From positions 20,274,001-20,338,000 of the forward strand of contig NC_043012.1 of NCBI RefSeq assembly GCF_006345805.1: DNA of 64,000 nt, written 5' to 3'. Source of the DNA: Octopus sinensis. Lineage: Eukaryota. This document shows positions 28,549-43,558 of this stretch, in pieces (the first letter of the stretch is position 1; each line of letters starts with the position of its first letter). A model generated the notes under the pieces. That model was given only the letters and a program-made list of their open reading frames with translations. It was not told the origin of the DNA and did not search any database. Both the position numbers and the translations under genes were made by a program.

Positions 28549-30576
28549 AGAGAGAGAGACAAAGAGAGAGAGGGATTTATTTGTTTTGCCAAATTAATGA
28601 TGTAAAATCGCGTGTTGAAGTATATATTGTCATTTCGAGGCGTAGTTGCACCAGTTGATGGCGCATAAAATATTTAGAAGAACAGCGTAATGCTAAAAAA
28701 AAACAAAAAAATGACTGTGAAGAAATATCTTACAAAAAGGATAAATAAATTCATTACCTAATAGAAATTTTATCATGTTGTTTAATAACACGTATCATGT
28801 GAAGTATTATTAACTGTATTTTAATCAGCGCTAGGCTTTTTTTTAATCTACATGTGAATTACAATAAGGTTTTATCCTAAACTTAACTCTGTCACAGAAT
28901 TAAATACTAATCAATAAAATAAGAACAGAATTTGAAACCTCAAAAAATACTCTGTTTATAAGGAAATGGACCATAGTGGTGTTGAAGACGTTATCAGCAC
29001 TGCAATTTGCATAGTGCTGCATTTTTCTCAGTTGTAAGACCTTCTGTGAAAACTGGACATAGTCAAAATTGATAGAGAGGCTAGAATGTATAACATAGTA
29101 GCGTAAAAGCCGATGAACTAAATTTAGACCTTAGAGAAGAGAACCCAAATATTGTAACGCTGCCAGTCGGCACTCTGAAATTTTTGAGCCCTTTATAGCA
29201 TCCAATAATAAATCTACAATGCATTTTCTTCAAAACTACATGCAAAGTACAAGGGCAAACATCTTAAATTATTGCCCATGATTTTTACAGGAGATGAGCG
29301 GCGTAAATGAAAAAGACTGTGACAGCCATTGTTTAACTTACATATATAAACTGGCGGGAGCACATGTGGGAGACCATCATTTGTAACTTACTTTTTCTAA
29401 CAAACATTTGGCCAAATATGTTTTAAAGGATTAATTTATCATCTGATACTATTTAAAGTATTACGAGTAATTGGACCTGGAACAATAGAGAGCATTCTGT
29501 CCACTTTACATTTCATCCGTTAATCAGTCAAGGACTGTGGGCGATATAACCAAATTCCAACTCATTTAAAATTACTGGCCTTGTGCCAAAAGTCAAAAAC
29601 TGGTGTATAAGTATTAGTTATTGTAACAACTTACAAATGGCTAAATGAAAAGGCAATGCTAAAATACATATTCAACTTGGTTTATTAATAGTAAGACTAC
29701 TGTTGATCAAATCCGAAAAGATTAATTAAATTTGACAAAAGTAACTTCGGAACGATTTTCGTTAATGTGATAGTATCTACGTAAATAGCAAACGGCATTT
29801 TGACCAAAAAGACTAACGCTTCTGATGGTAATTATCTTTATTGAATTGTTTTTATTGATTTTTTCGTTATGAATCCAATACCAAGATATTTCGTTGAAAA
29901 ACAAATATACTACTGGGAAATATATGGCTCCCAAACGAGTAGTATGAGCAGGAGAGGAATAAAATGGAATCAACTGCATATTAAAACGGTGGTCTGGGGT
30001 TTGATATTTAGTACCAGACACTATCTAGATATATGAACTGAGAAGTTTTCACATTTGAAATGAGAATATAAGATACCAATTCGTTAGATTTCTATGGCAT
30101 CATTTGGCTTATTCCTTCAAGAGGAATAAAATACAGAGTAATGCCAAGAAAAAGACATAAATGCTCCTTTCTACTGTAGGCCTACGCTCTGAAAATTTGG
30201 AGGAATATATCGACCATAAAGTTCAACTTGTACTTATTTCATGGACCCCAACAGGATGAAAGACAAAGTCAGCATATACGTATGTATGTCATTATTCAGT
30301 TTATTTCAAGATTTCTTGCCAATAGTAAAAGAGTATGTTTCTAACCTAGATCCAAGGCTCTTTCACTGGAATTTCAACAGCATCAAAGGTGTATGTATGT
30401 ATGTATGTATGTATGTATGTATGTATGTATGTATGTATGTATGTATGTATGTATTATGTATGTATGTACGTATGTACGTATGTATGTATGTATGTATGCA
30501 TGTCTGTATGTATATATGTATGGATGCAGGTTTGTATGTAAGTATCTATGTATGTCTGCATGCATATATGTATATA

Positions 30577-31797
30577 TCATGTCATCCCATACGTTCTCTC
30601 CGATTTTACCCTTTTAAAATTAAATAAAATTTAATAGTATTTTAGAACGTCTAATGGAATTTAAAATTATTTTTATGCGTTTGTGTACATTTAAACTAAT
30701 TAAACATTATTTTACATAATAATAGAATTAAAGTGTCTCTCATTAAAACCCTTTCTAACATGGAAGTATCAAAAGTGCATTTAAGCACATAATTCTTTAT
30801 GAGTACAAAAAAGGAAAACCTGCAGCCGAAGCGACTCGAAATATACACTCAGTTTATGGGAAAGAATGCTTGAATAAAATAGCTTGCAGATGATGGTTTG
30901 CAAAATTCAGAAGCGGATATTTCAGCCTTGAAGATGAAGATCGAACAGAACGTCCAGTTGAGTTTGATGAAAAGCTCCTTGAGGCATTACTTGAAGACAA
31001 TCCTGCATTATCAGTTGAGGAATTGGCAATAAAGCTTCGTTCAAACCATACAACTGTTCATTGTCATCTTCAACAACTTGGAAAGATTCGTATACCTGGA
31101 ATATAGGTGCCTCCTGAATTGTCCGAAAGCAACCGCAAATCCCGAGTTGACATGTGCTATTCTCTCCATTCTAGCGAACTCATCTCCGCCTTTTTGGATA
31201 GACTTGGGACTGGTGACGAAAAATGGATCTTCTATCGAAATGTTAAACGTTTTAAACAGTGGCTTGATAAAAGTGGAAAGTGCTCAACCACAATCGGGAA
31301 GGGAACTTCATGAGAAAAAGGTTCTTCTGTCTATCTGGTGGGATTGCAAAGGAGTAATTCACTTTGAATTGTTACAACAATCAAAGCTCAAGTCTACTGC
31401 CAGCAATTAGAAGAAATTAAGAAGCTTTGAAGAAATTAAGATCCGCTTTAATGAATCGAAAAGGAGTGATGTTTCATCAGTACAATGCGCCCCCACACTG
31501 CAAAGATCATATCAGAGAAGATCGAAGAGCTTGGATGAGAAAAAATTCCTCATCCACTTTATATTCCTCACCTTGTTTCTTCAGACTACCATTTGTTCTG
31601 TAGTTTACAGAATCAGTTGGGAGACATAACTTTCGCAAGAGTTTTACATTGATGGGATTAAAAAGCTTGTAAATAGACAGAAGGAAGTCATAGAAAATCA
31701 GGGAAATTACATTGATGATAAAATTTCAATTACATATAACATTTGATCTCTTGTTTCCTTTATTCAAAATTCGGACAGAACTTATGTGATGACCTGA
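30577..31797 (+). mobile_element. Mariner transposon, near full-length, transposase pseudogene (~30760-31720)
   Basis: ~30-bp TIRs tcatgtcatcccatacgttctctccgatttt / aaattcggacagaacttatgtgatgacctga with TA flanks; motifs ILYEYKKG, WFAKFRSG, TGDEKW, KVLLSIWWD, SDYHLF; stops and frameshifts. Confidence 0.93.
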
Positions 31798-33952
31798 TAT
31801 GTATGTATGCATGTAATGGCTTTCCTTGTATTTTTGACTGTAGGCGTCCAATCGACTTAAAAACATAATTGGAATTTATTATCTCAGTTAAATGAACAAT
31901 TGCGAAAGAGGAGAAACTTCAACGCTAACACAGGCAGAAATAAACGTGTATTTTCAGATAATGCACTCTATAATGAATACTACAGTTAACAATTTAGTTG
32001 AAGTGGAAAGTTGAGTCCCAATTAGGAGAGTCAAATTAGAAGATATTTAATGATATTGAAATCGGCCTTACAACTCTGGAAATATAATATTTAAAGTAAC
32101 TTCTTTCTGAAAAACCTCAAATATATTCATTTATAAACGGCGAGCATGTTCTCTTTTGTATTGCTCTAAATCAAATACACCGTGTTGAGAATTATCAACG
32201 GTGGGGAAATGTAAATAATGCCGCCTAAAGCTCGTTTGCAAACGATTTAAAATATATGACAATGATATGTTCATAATATCTAGTCATTGCCTCAAAATAG
32301 AAGGATATTAAGATTTGTTCTCAAATAACAACGTTTTACATTTGTAACGAATTAATTTGATGAATTTCTTTCGTTTTTAAAATAGCATCCATAGAGGTAT
32401 TGCTACATAGCTACGAAGGTGAAATTGCATTTTTAAGGATTAATACGTATCTTCGTTTTAATATAGTGGACTGAACTTCCAGAGATGTCTATTCCGCTGC
32501 TGAAATTCTGTTCTGCTTTCTCACTATGAATGACCCATTCTTTATTTTCTACCTCTTTCTGTGACCCGATAATTTAATAATAAAGAATTATAAACACATA
32601 ATGAACTCGCGATGCCGGATCTGATTACAGTGTATAACATTTCGAACAAATATACCTAATCATGGCGTGCAGTTAAGTTGTGAATAAAATTCGGTTGACA
32701 AAGTTGTGCAGAAAACTAGTTGTGTGAGAGTGAGTGAGTGATAACGCGCAACATATTGGAATAAAGTCACTCATCCACACACAGGCGCACGCACACACAC
32801 ACACGCTCGCACACACGCATACACACTCACACATACATACATCTACACACATATCTATTCAGTTCTTTCCCCTTACATCAAGCTTTACCTTTCATTTTCG
32901 ATCTTACGAAAACGTTGAAATAAATGCCAAAACAGTTCTAGGGTGACATAATTCACTAAACGGACTTTCTGCAGGTATTGTACAAGCATGGTCGCTGAAT
33001 AAACACTAAAAGTGGCAACATAGCCAATAATACAACGACATTACATTTCTTTGTTTATTAAACATTTCATTTTACTCTTCCCAGGAAACTTACAACCGAA
33101 AAGGCCTTGCTTACATTTCTCTGAACCCCTTTCTATTTTGATAGGAAGGATGGTTACATACATTGTACTCCAGTTTATCCCTTCTATTTATTTTTACCGT
33201 TAACAAAGAGTAGGATCTAAATACTCTAATGTATTCTATTCGGTGCTATATCGTTTTTGACCTTTTCATCCTCTTTTGAAATATATTCAATTATTCATTG
33301 TAGGTACATTGTATGTAGATTGTATCTAGATTTTCTAATGTGTTGCCCTTAGAATATAGATATATCAACAAACAATTTAGTTACAAGGAAACAAAGAAAA
33401 ACTGTTATTGTTGTATAAAATACACAAATGGAAGGAAAACAAATTAACTATTCCTTCGAAAAAAACAAAAAAAACCTTTGAATTTATTGTACCACAACAA
33501 TTATGTATATTGTCTTGGCTTAAAATAATTTACGGGTGTGTCTGAAACCATCATTTACTCGCATACAAAATATTTTAGAGTATATTTAAATATATCAGAT
33601 AAAAAGTTCACATAGAGGAGAATCTACACCTACCAAAGAAAACACACACAATCGCAGATACATATAAACACATGTACAAACCCATATATACATATATGAA
33701 GAGAGAGAGAGAGAGAGAAAGAGGGATATGCGAATAGGTATATATGTATATGTGAATAGGTATATATATATAATATATATATATACATATATGACTGAGA
33801 CTAACATGCATGCGTTCTGACTGGTCAAATAGGTGCTCCAGTTGTAGCCGTTTTGAACAAACAGCCATATATATATATATATATATATATATGCATTATG
33901 TATGTATATGTATCTATGTATGTATGCATGCATGTATGTATGTATGTATGTA

Positions 33953-35126
33953 TTAGGTAGTCTCTCATGAAATGTCCAATTTCAAATGGGTCTCGTATAA
34001 GTCATCTATAAATAGATTTTTTATTCATGAGTTTCTATGTATATACTTGTTTTTACTGTTGATTCTTTTCTTTCTAAACAATACTATTATTCACATTTGC
34101 TACCCACAGCTCTTATGATAATGTTGACAACTGATAAATACCGAGCGATGTTCTTGTACGAATACAAGTTGGGTTACTCTGCCACCGAAGCACTCGAAAT
34201 ACCTTATGGGATTTTGGTAACGACTCTTTTGACATCAGAACTGTTCAGATATGGTCCCAAAGATTTCGCTTGAAAAAGGAACCAAGAGGGAGATCAAAAG
34301 CAGTTATTCGACATGATGAATGGAATGCTTTGTTTAAACGAACTCCGAGAACAACGGTCTGAAAAATCGGATCAGAGCTCCAGACATCTCGATAACTGCT
34401 TCTCGACACTTGAAGAACATTGGAAAATTCAAAAAGATGGATAGGTTTATTCCCCATCAAATTAATGAGATTCAAAGAAACAGGCACCTTACAATGAGTT
34501 CCATATTGATTTCTCTATTGGAAAGCGAACCATTACTTGTGATAAGAAAAGGATACCCTTTAATACTATCAGAAGGACAGGACAGTGGTTAGATGCAGGA
34601 GAGTTACCAAAACACGACCCCAAACTACCATTGCACCATACAGATGGGTTATTAATTATTCATGTTTTGCAACAGAGAAAATCTTTGACAGCAACATCCT
34701 ATTGTCAAGAAATTGATTGTAGGCATGAAAAAGAAGCAACCCAGATAAGTGAATAGAGATGGCTAAATTTTCCTCCATGATAATGCACGCCCTCAAGCTG
34801 CAAAGCCTGAATTATGAAATTTTGGAACACCCTCCTTATTCTCCTGATATCTCTCCTATTGTTTATCACGTATTTAGATAGTTCGAGCTTGCTATACGCA
34901 ATGAAATATTAGTACATAAAGAATAGGTCATTGAAGAATGCGAGCAGTTTATCAGTGTAAAAGATGGGAAATGCTTTGAAGAAGGAATGTATGCCTTAGA
35001 CGAACGTTGGATGAAGGTTATAAATTAACAAGAGTCAACTTTTAATTAAATAATAAAATATTCTAAAACTTAAAATACAATATTAATGTTTCCTTTTTCA
35101 AATGCGACATTTTATGTATGACAACG

Positions 35127-35129
<3 letters not shown>
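33953..35129 (+). mobile_element. Second mariner transposon (different family), heavily decayed
   Basis: TIRs ttaggtagtctctcatgaaatgtc / gacattttatgtatgacaacgtaa with TA flanks; motifs RAMFLYEYKLG, FLHDNARP, HPPYSPDISP. Confidence 0.88.
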
Positions 35130-35167
<38 letters not shown>

Positions 35168-35170
<3 letters not shown>

Positions 35171-35373
35171 CTGTCCGGCTTTCGTCATGATAGACCGCTA
35201 CCCACTACACATTCTTTATTCCTATCCTTGTTTTTTTCTGCGTTCCTTTCTCTGGAAGAGCTTCGGCTCGAAACTTTACCGACTTTTTCACTTCTCGAGA
35301 GTTATACCAATGCATCTGTTCGTTGTCTACACCACCTGTCTTCGTCATTTTGTTTTTGTAAATTCTCCCCCTA
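35168..35373 (+). mobile_element. Short element in (TA)n with a degenerate hammerhead-like hairpin
   Basis: gaagagc-ttcg-gctc-gaaac resembles the 16548 motif; pyrimidine-rich body; (TA)n on both sides. Confidence 0.5.
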
Positions 35374-35383
35374 TATATAAATT

Positions 35384-35475
<92 letters not shown>

Positions 35476-35541
35476 TTTTTTAAGGTAGAAAATCCTGGAT
35501 TACGTGAAATAATTTGTATCATATGTATAAATAAATAAATG

Positions 35542-35690
35542 GAGTTAAACGCAGGCATTATTCAAATTCATTTATTTCCGACACATGTTTCGAAGATGTC
35601 ACTGTTATTATTCATTTGGAAAAGTACCACTGATATCTTTGAAGCATGTGTCGAACGTAAAAGAAATTGAATAACACCTGCGTTTAACTC
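35542..35690. repeat. Inverted pair of a terminus also found at ~18510-18565
   Basis: gagttaaacgcagg...cgacacatgtttcgaagatgtca / tgatatctttgaagcatgtgtcg...cctgcgtttaactc. Confidence 0.85.
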
Positions 35691-35699
35691 TATTTATAT

Positions 35700-36040
35700 A
35701 CTCTTTTACTGTCTTAATTTTTTCAGTAATGTCATTGCGGCCATGCTGAAGCACTGCCTTTAGTCGAGCAAATCGACCCCAGAACTTATTCTTTGGAAGC
35801 CTAGACCTATCGGTCTCTTTCACCGTACCGCTAAGATACGGGAATGTAAACACACCACCATCGGTTGTCAAGCGATGTTGGGGAGACAAGCACAGGGATA
35901 CAAACATATGCACATACATACATATGTACATTTATTACCGTCTACCATAACCACCCACAAGGCTCTATTCGGCCGGAGGCTATATTAGAAGACACTTGCC
36001 CAAGGTGAAACAAGCTACGTACCACACAGCCATTCCGGCG
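35700..36040 (-). mobile_element. SINE family D
   Basis: gcggccatgctgaagcactgcctttagtcgagcaaatcgacccc tail plus agaagacacttgcccaagg...accacacagcca head. Confidence 0.75.
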
Positions 36041-36489
36041 CCTAAAATATATATATATATAAGTATATATATATGTATATATATATATACATATAGAGAG
36101 AGAGAGAGGGGGGAGAGAGATAGAGGGAGAGAGAGAGAGAGGCATATATATATACTGCTATTTTCGTAAATGCATATGTTGAGTGAATATATGTACATGA
36201 GAGTGTATGAATAGAAATCTACTTTCTTCTGTATAAATATAGTAACATACATGTAAGTAGAGTGGATTTTACAAATAGATCATTGACAGTTACTCCACAA
36301 TATAGGACGCGGATTCTTTCCTTCTTCTGTACTTGCGTACTCCTAAGCACTGAGTATAATTATGGAACGATAGTTTTGGTAGAATACAATCAGTATTGTA
36401 CCGGGATGGATTCGAATTGAGTGGTATAGAAATAATACAAATGTTACTATGTATTCGTTACTCTTAATTGATGATAGAGTATTTGATGA

Positions 36490-36571
36490 TGGAATAAATA
36501 TTATATATATAATATATGTGTGTGTGTGTGTGTGTGTGTGTATCTATTTCCAGAAATGGATACATCGAAAC

Positions 36572-36658
<87 letters not shown>

Positions 36659-36706
36659 TATATATATATATACGTATATATGTATGTATACACACACACA
36701 CATATA

Positions 36707-36792
<86 letters not shown>

Positions 36793-36810
36793 ATATGTAT
36801 ATATATATAG
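36490..36810. repeat. Long compound (TA)n/(TG)n microsatellite
   Basis: Direct reading. Confidence 0.95.
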
Positions 36811-37664
36811 ATTCAGTCGAATATAGTACTTTTTACTTTTATATAACGAAACACAATTACAGTATCTGGTGTTAAATCACTTTGTGAATTTGAATTCTTG
36901 GAAATTACTCGGGTGTATTTATTTGTTCTTTTAGTTTACATAGAAATATCAGGAAATTATATTCACATAAATTTCTATACATACATTGCAGCTTTGCTAT
37001 TCCTTCCTGTTTTCTAATGCAACGTCATATTGTGTAATGTGACTGTAAGCCGAGTGCCATTCATTAATCAAATATATATACTGCCGACAACAATTGTGTG
37101 CATAACAGATAGTTCATAAATAACTATGCTATTAAACAATATTTTGAGTGCCTTTATATGAATATTGGTGAAGATTTATTCATGAATTGTGTACCATCCA
37201 ATTGCTTAAATATTGCTGGTTACCTTTCAAAATATACACATGTTAACATACACTCAGAATAACAAAGAAAGAAATGGAATATTAGAAGGGGCATAATATA
37301 TATTAAAGTGAAAATTATATCCTCTTAATGAAGATAAAAAGCGCGTTGCAACAGTGCTTTATCAGATGCATAGCTCACTATTTGTGATCCTCCCTACAAA
37401 GGAAGCGAAAGAATGTTCATATCGTTTGCGGCTCACGGAAGAACAATTATACATAATTCGTAGCACGAAATACTCAATCAGTGAGATACTTAGTAACTTA
37501 TGCCAAATGAATATAACATGTTATATATGCTCATGAATTGAGTTTTATTTATCCTCTTTGTTCTAACAAACCTACATGCATACGTATACATTTTATATAC
37601 ATATATACACATTAACACACATACACACCCACACACACACACACACACTCATACACACACACAC

Positions 37665-37709
<45 letters not shown>

Positions 37710-40432
37710 CATACACATTATTTTATAGCATTGATTCTTCATTAGAGTCAAGGCACCTGAACGAGTAGGACGCCAGAAATAGCTAGATGCGATAATGTGG
37801 AGCTCACATTGAAATACACGACCTTGAATACATCACGAAGATATGCAATCACAAAACCCAATTTAAACGATAGATCGGATTCAATGGTGTGCAATTGTTT
37901 GCAAAAGAAATTCACTGAGGATTTTGTTTCCTTCTTAAATTATTTGCATATCTGTTCGACCGTTTCACTTGACTTTTTTCATTAAAACGTTTTAAGTGTT
38001 CAGAAAGTTTTACAACTTTCGATTCTTTAATAAAATGTCTTACTCCCAATGATTTTGCTTCTATTTTCTGATAGACAGCTATCATGCAGAAAATACCATC
38101 TTCCAAATCATGTTTTCTGACTAGGTAAAAAGGATTAAATTTTAAACCTCAGTAAAATTGACTGCAATTTTTCTGGAACATTATTTTAATACGTAATTTA
38201 AAGATCTCTCTATTTGGGACAGCAACAGGGAAGGCCATACAAAAGTACAGAGACAGACAGACGTGAGATACAAACACACACAGAGACACACACCCACATT
38301 TAAAGACGTAGACAGGTAATAACGAGTTTAAAATTACGTATAGTTCACATCTGTATCTATGTACGCACTATATATATATATGTATGTGTGTGTGTGTCAG
38401 TGTGTCAGTGTTTCTTTAAGATGGACAACAGAAAATTCACCTACCCCATCTCTCTTTATACCTCTATATTCCTAGCACCTACATTTTTCTGTCTCTGTCG
38501 GAGTTTTAAAAGTTACTTGTGTGTGTGTTTGCGTGTGCGTCCATCTGTCTATCTGTCTGCGTGTGTGTGTGCATGCAGCGTCACGTGTATATGACAGATG
38601 TAATAACGTTAACATCCTATTGCCTCTCCATATTTTTCTCGCTTACGCAAGGCTGTTCTCTCCCTTCGTGATATCAGACACACTCACATCTGCTACTACA
38701 TTTCCCTCCGACTAATGCACTTTGTACATTTCTCGTTTTATCATATAATTCGCCCACCCCGCTAGAGAGGGGTATTATCGATTTTTCCTTTGTTCCAATT
38801 AGACTATTGGATGTTAGTTTAACAGGTATGTTTTGTTTCATAAACATTGGTACGCTGTTTCAGGCAGTAAGAATGTAATAGAAAGACATTTATAAATTGC
38901 CATTTATATAGAAGATGTATATATATATATATATATTATATATAATAAAATGGGACAACAAAAATCCAGATAGATGATACAAAGAAAATAAGGACTGTTA
39001 TTTTCATCAGTCAAGTACCAGATTATCTTCGCAATTTAGGTTGATTTTGATTGAGATTGCTCCAGTCTGGCCAGCCCCAATGAAAAACTAAGCTAAGAGC
39101 ATTAGATTCCTTGCATACATACATATCTGTGTTTAAACAAAGGACACTGAAATGTTCCTGGCTTTGAGAAAATGAAAATAGAGGACGAGCAATAATCATG
39201 ATTTTGTTCAGCATATTACCCTCTCGGATTCACACATTTATTGCACCGGTCCTGTTTACGTAGCAAATAAGCTTACATCCTCCATTAAACCGGCATCATC
39301 GAATCGGGTGCACGCTGTACTAAAGATCAGATGTCTAATTGAACGCAGATCAACCTGAGATGAAGTGTTTTGGTCAAGAAAAGACTACACTGCCTCTCCC
39401 CGCAATCGAACCCACGATCTCGCGTATGTGAGTGCAACACTCCAAACACTGGGCCAAGAGCCCTTGCACACACACACACACACACACTCTCTCTCTCTCT
39501 ATCTATCTCTCTCTCTCTCACGCATACATACGTACATGAATACAAACGTATATACATATCGACACACAATCATTACCGGTACAAGAATAGCAGACTACGC
39601 CTTTATAACCAGTCAATGCATCCGAGACGTTCTCTCATGTCATCACTTTCTATCAACTATTCAAAAAATGCAGCAATGTTATGTCTCATCAATTTCCACT
39701 TCTTTCCATTGTTCAGTGTTCGTCGGTGTGCTTTTCTTCGAAGCTATGAGCATATATACCTATGTTTTTGTCTAGTGAAAGAAAAACAGTCCAGAAGTGT
39801 ATTCGAAAATGTATGATTTCTCTTATATGTACATAATGTGTAGGTTCTGTAAAACACAATGCGATTTTTTCATTTTAGATAACTAGCTTTCAACAACGCC
39901 ATCTCTAACAAACTTTCCAATGAAATTACAAAGATTTTTCGGATACCGGTCAAATTCTACGTTTTCAATATATAACATCTTTTTGAATTCATATAGAATA
40001 ATTGACTTTCATGGGAATAGAAAATCCGTATTGTTTGCAACAGAGATCTTGGGAAAATTTTACTTTTAATGAATCTATAATACAAATACTAATGGTCATC
40101 AGCATAATAATTATGAAAGTGTTTCTTTATGTTAAGTACTTCCTGATCTTATTCTTAATATTCCATTGAGCTTAGTTCAAGCGTTCAATAGGAAATGACT
40201 TTTCACCCATAAGACTACTTGAGACCGAATTTTATATCGACATTTGCACCGAAACGTATCTCTATTATAAAGTGACGAATGGTAATTTCATCAGTCATCT
40301 TAAACTATTTTAAAGCAAGGTCTCTACAATGAGAAATAAGAGAAATGAAGAATAATTGATTAGTATAGAATTTATTTTAATTGACTGAATTTTCAATGAG
40401 TAATTTGAAGTAAAACCATATTTATATTTATA

Positions 40433-40814
40433 CTAGCAGTATCACCCGGCGTTGCTCGAGTTTGTAAGGGAAATAACTATAAAGCATTTTTAGAGAGTTA
40501 TAGCCAAAAATAGCAAAAAAATGGGAAAAAAATTATGGTAATTTTTTTTGAGAGTTAAAAAGGTCGAGTTGCGTCTCCTAGACAGTCTGTGGTTTGTGTT
40601 TCTGATTCTCGACCCCATGTTGAATTCATCGATTTTTTTCAGAACTGGGGGAACCTTTCAAAATTTTCGGTTCGTTAGTTTTGAATTATGACATTGGGCT
40701 ATGTGTGTGTCAAGTTTCATCAGAATCGGTTGAAAGCTATGGTCAGGGTGAGGGTACAACCTAACAGACACACAGACACGCAGACAGACAAACTGCCGTT
40801 TATATAGAGAGAGA
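40433..40814 (-). mobile_element. Non-autonomous Helitron
   Basis: Minus strand starts TC (tctctctctatataaacggc), has the subterminal hairpin ctcgagcaacgccggg, ends CTAG, and lies between A and T; internal (CAGA)n. Confidence 0.8.
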
Positions 40815-41969
40815 TAATTGATTATGATTTATAAAATTCATTGTTTTACATATTTGAAGACTTTTCGAACTAGGACGCTTGTTATCAACATTTTTATTTT
40901 TGGGTCGCCCCTAATTGCTGTTATAGATCATAATCTCAAACTGATATATGTTACAACCCTAAATATGGATTCGAAATAGATTAACATTAATTTCTCACAG
41001 TGTAATTTATTTTCTCTCGCGAGAAATGTGCTTTTCGTTGTAAAATTAACCTTATTAAACTGAAGTGGATCAGACAATATTTATAAAATTCTCACTTCTC
41101 AGATATATAATTTTATCATTCAAATCAGTAGCACATACTATTGATATTTACTGAATCTGTAAAATTTTGCTTCATTTTTAGAGAAAATTTACAAGAAAGA
41201 ATTAGACGTAACAATAAAATTCCGACATAAAATGAGAAATATCAGAAAGAAAATAATAAATGTATCACGAACCAAGAATGAATTTTGTCGAGCTCTAATG
41301 AACGTAACACGTTTCTACCCTAGCTAGTAATCTGTGAAATAATATTAGATTAGAAACAATATTAAAGAAGGTGTTTTAATTTTTTTAGAATTAAAGTCGA
41401 AACGGAATCCTGTTATAGTAGAAAGCATATCGGTGTTAGGATCAATGAAAACATAGAATAGAAACGAATGACAAAAGTGATATATAAGACTGGCAAATCA
41501 TCAAAATGAAGAAGAATGTGTGGGTGAAGAGAATTAATGTGTGTCAAACCATTCACATAGAAAATCTTTCTCGCAGCTGTGAGATGAATTAACGATTTTC
41601 CTTGCCAAAATTTGTGAACACAGATTCAGCTTAGTGAACTCAGACAGCAACGAAAGTAAAAACGTAGCAGAGTTAAAACGACAGTTTGAAAGATAACAGC
41701 GCTAGAAAAAGACAAAAAATGGTAGTGAAAAAGAAAGAGAAAACACAAGAGGTACAAATCAATCCGCAAAAATTCTAAATACGAATGTATACAGATATTA
41801 AAGAAGGGTTGGTGAGACCTACCGAAAAATTAACGTTAGTATATACTTTCCAAAATAAAGAAATTTCGCTTGAATAAGTTAGATCTCGAAGAAGATTAGA
41901 ATACATATGAATGCAATACAGACTGCATAAAAATGTTTAATATGTTCCCGAAAGAATGCATTTTAATCT

Positions 41970-42032
<63 letters not shown>

Positions 42033-43429
42033 CAAGCTATTTTCTATGTTTGTATTAACTATGAAAACACACACACGAACATGCATACACATATATAGAT
42101 ATGTATTTAAATAGATTGATTGATAAATAAGTTTGTAGATAGACTAATAGATAGATAGATAGATACATACATACATACATATATACATACATACATACAT
42201 ACATACATACATACATACATACATACATACATACATACATACATACATAGCTAGATAATATCCATGAATACTGGATTAATATGTTATTCAAAAGTTTTCA
42301 CTTCATGTATGTCATAAAAACACAATTACGCCGTTATATATTAAAATATTATGCTAATCCGTTTATATACTTTGCATTTAAATCTCAAACTATTTTTTAA
42401 TAATTGACATTTACCACAGAGAACGTTCTATTTACCGCTGAAATGTGATGTTTCCCACAGAAAAAAAAGTCTACATCCTAATATAACGTCAGAACTGGAA
42501 GAACATTTGCAGGTACATATGTGAGGCAATTGGAAATGTATCGCTTATTTGATAATGATATAAGATTGGCCCTTGATACAGGATTATGATAATTATTGCG
42601 AGAATCTTATAGATTTATTTAACTGAGCAACAAAATATTCGTTACGTTTTTAGAATACTGAAAATATGATATTCTCTGAAATAGAAAATTGACCAACTTC
42701 CACGACTCTCATGTAGTTCCCGCATTCCTGCTTTGTGCTAACTAAGTCATTTACCATTCATTTTCAAGATTCTCAACGTTGTAGCTTCCGTACCTTAAGT
42801 TAAGTATGGGTTTCAAATTTTGACACAGCTATTTCGAGGGAGTGTGGTAAGCCAAATGCATGGACTTCAGCTAGTACTTAACAAGTTGGCTCCCGAGCCT
42901 CCTTTTAAGTTTTATCCCTATTCTCCTAATACGATATCATAATTAATTTTGACAGGAGCGGGGTAATAGTTTTAGACTATACCATATTTGAAGCAAGGAT
43001 CGCACTAGAAATGTTAGATATCCACGTCCCGCCGGCGGGTCGTGTGGTACCCTAGTTCATATTACATCCTAGATAACACACAACCTACCCGTGGTCAATT
43101 AAAAATTGCCGGTATTTTCTATTGGAAGATCTAGAAATCTTTTCAAAAAGAACTAGGTATTTTTGTTTCAATGGCGAATAAAATTTTCTCAGTACTCAAT
43201 CTTCTATTTTACCTAATTACATGGTGAAATAAGGACAAGGAAAAAAGAATATAAAGGATTTATATAAAATTGTCTTGGTGTCGCAAAAGCACAAATCGAA
43301 GCAATCGGCGCATACAAGCTCTCAGAAAGACCATAGAAAAGAAACTAAAAATCGATCTGCTGGTAGTTCGTGCGGGACTCGCTAACATACCACCATGACT
43401 CACGGTAGGGCATGTAGACGCCAACGTCT

Positions 43430-43558
43430 AAATTTATCAACCTTGAAAGAATGAAAGGCAAATCGGCTGCGGCTGAATGTGAACTTGGGAGGTAAAAACG
43501 GACGAAATACCGCTAAGGAATTTGCACGGCGCGTTAATGATTCTGTTAGCTCACCGCG
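43430..43558 (-). mobile_element. SINE family A, old copy; remaining part at ~42815-42880
   Basis: gaatgaaaggcaaa...cggacgaaataccgctaagg...gattctgttagctcaccgc. Confidence 0.65.

Noticed and set aside
39620-39760. Possible piggyBac-like remnant on the minus strand (QWKEVEIDE)
   Set aside because: Too short and degenerate; no TIR or TTAA support seen
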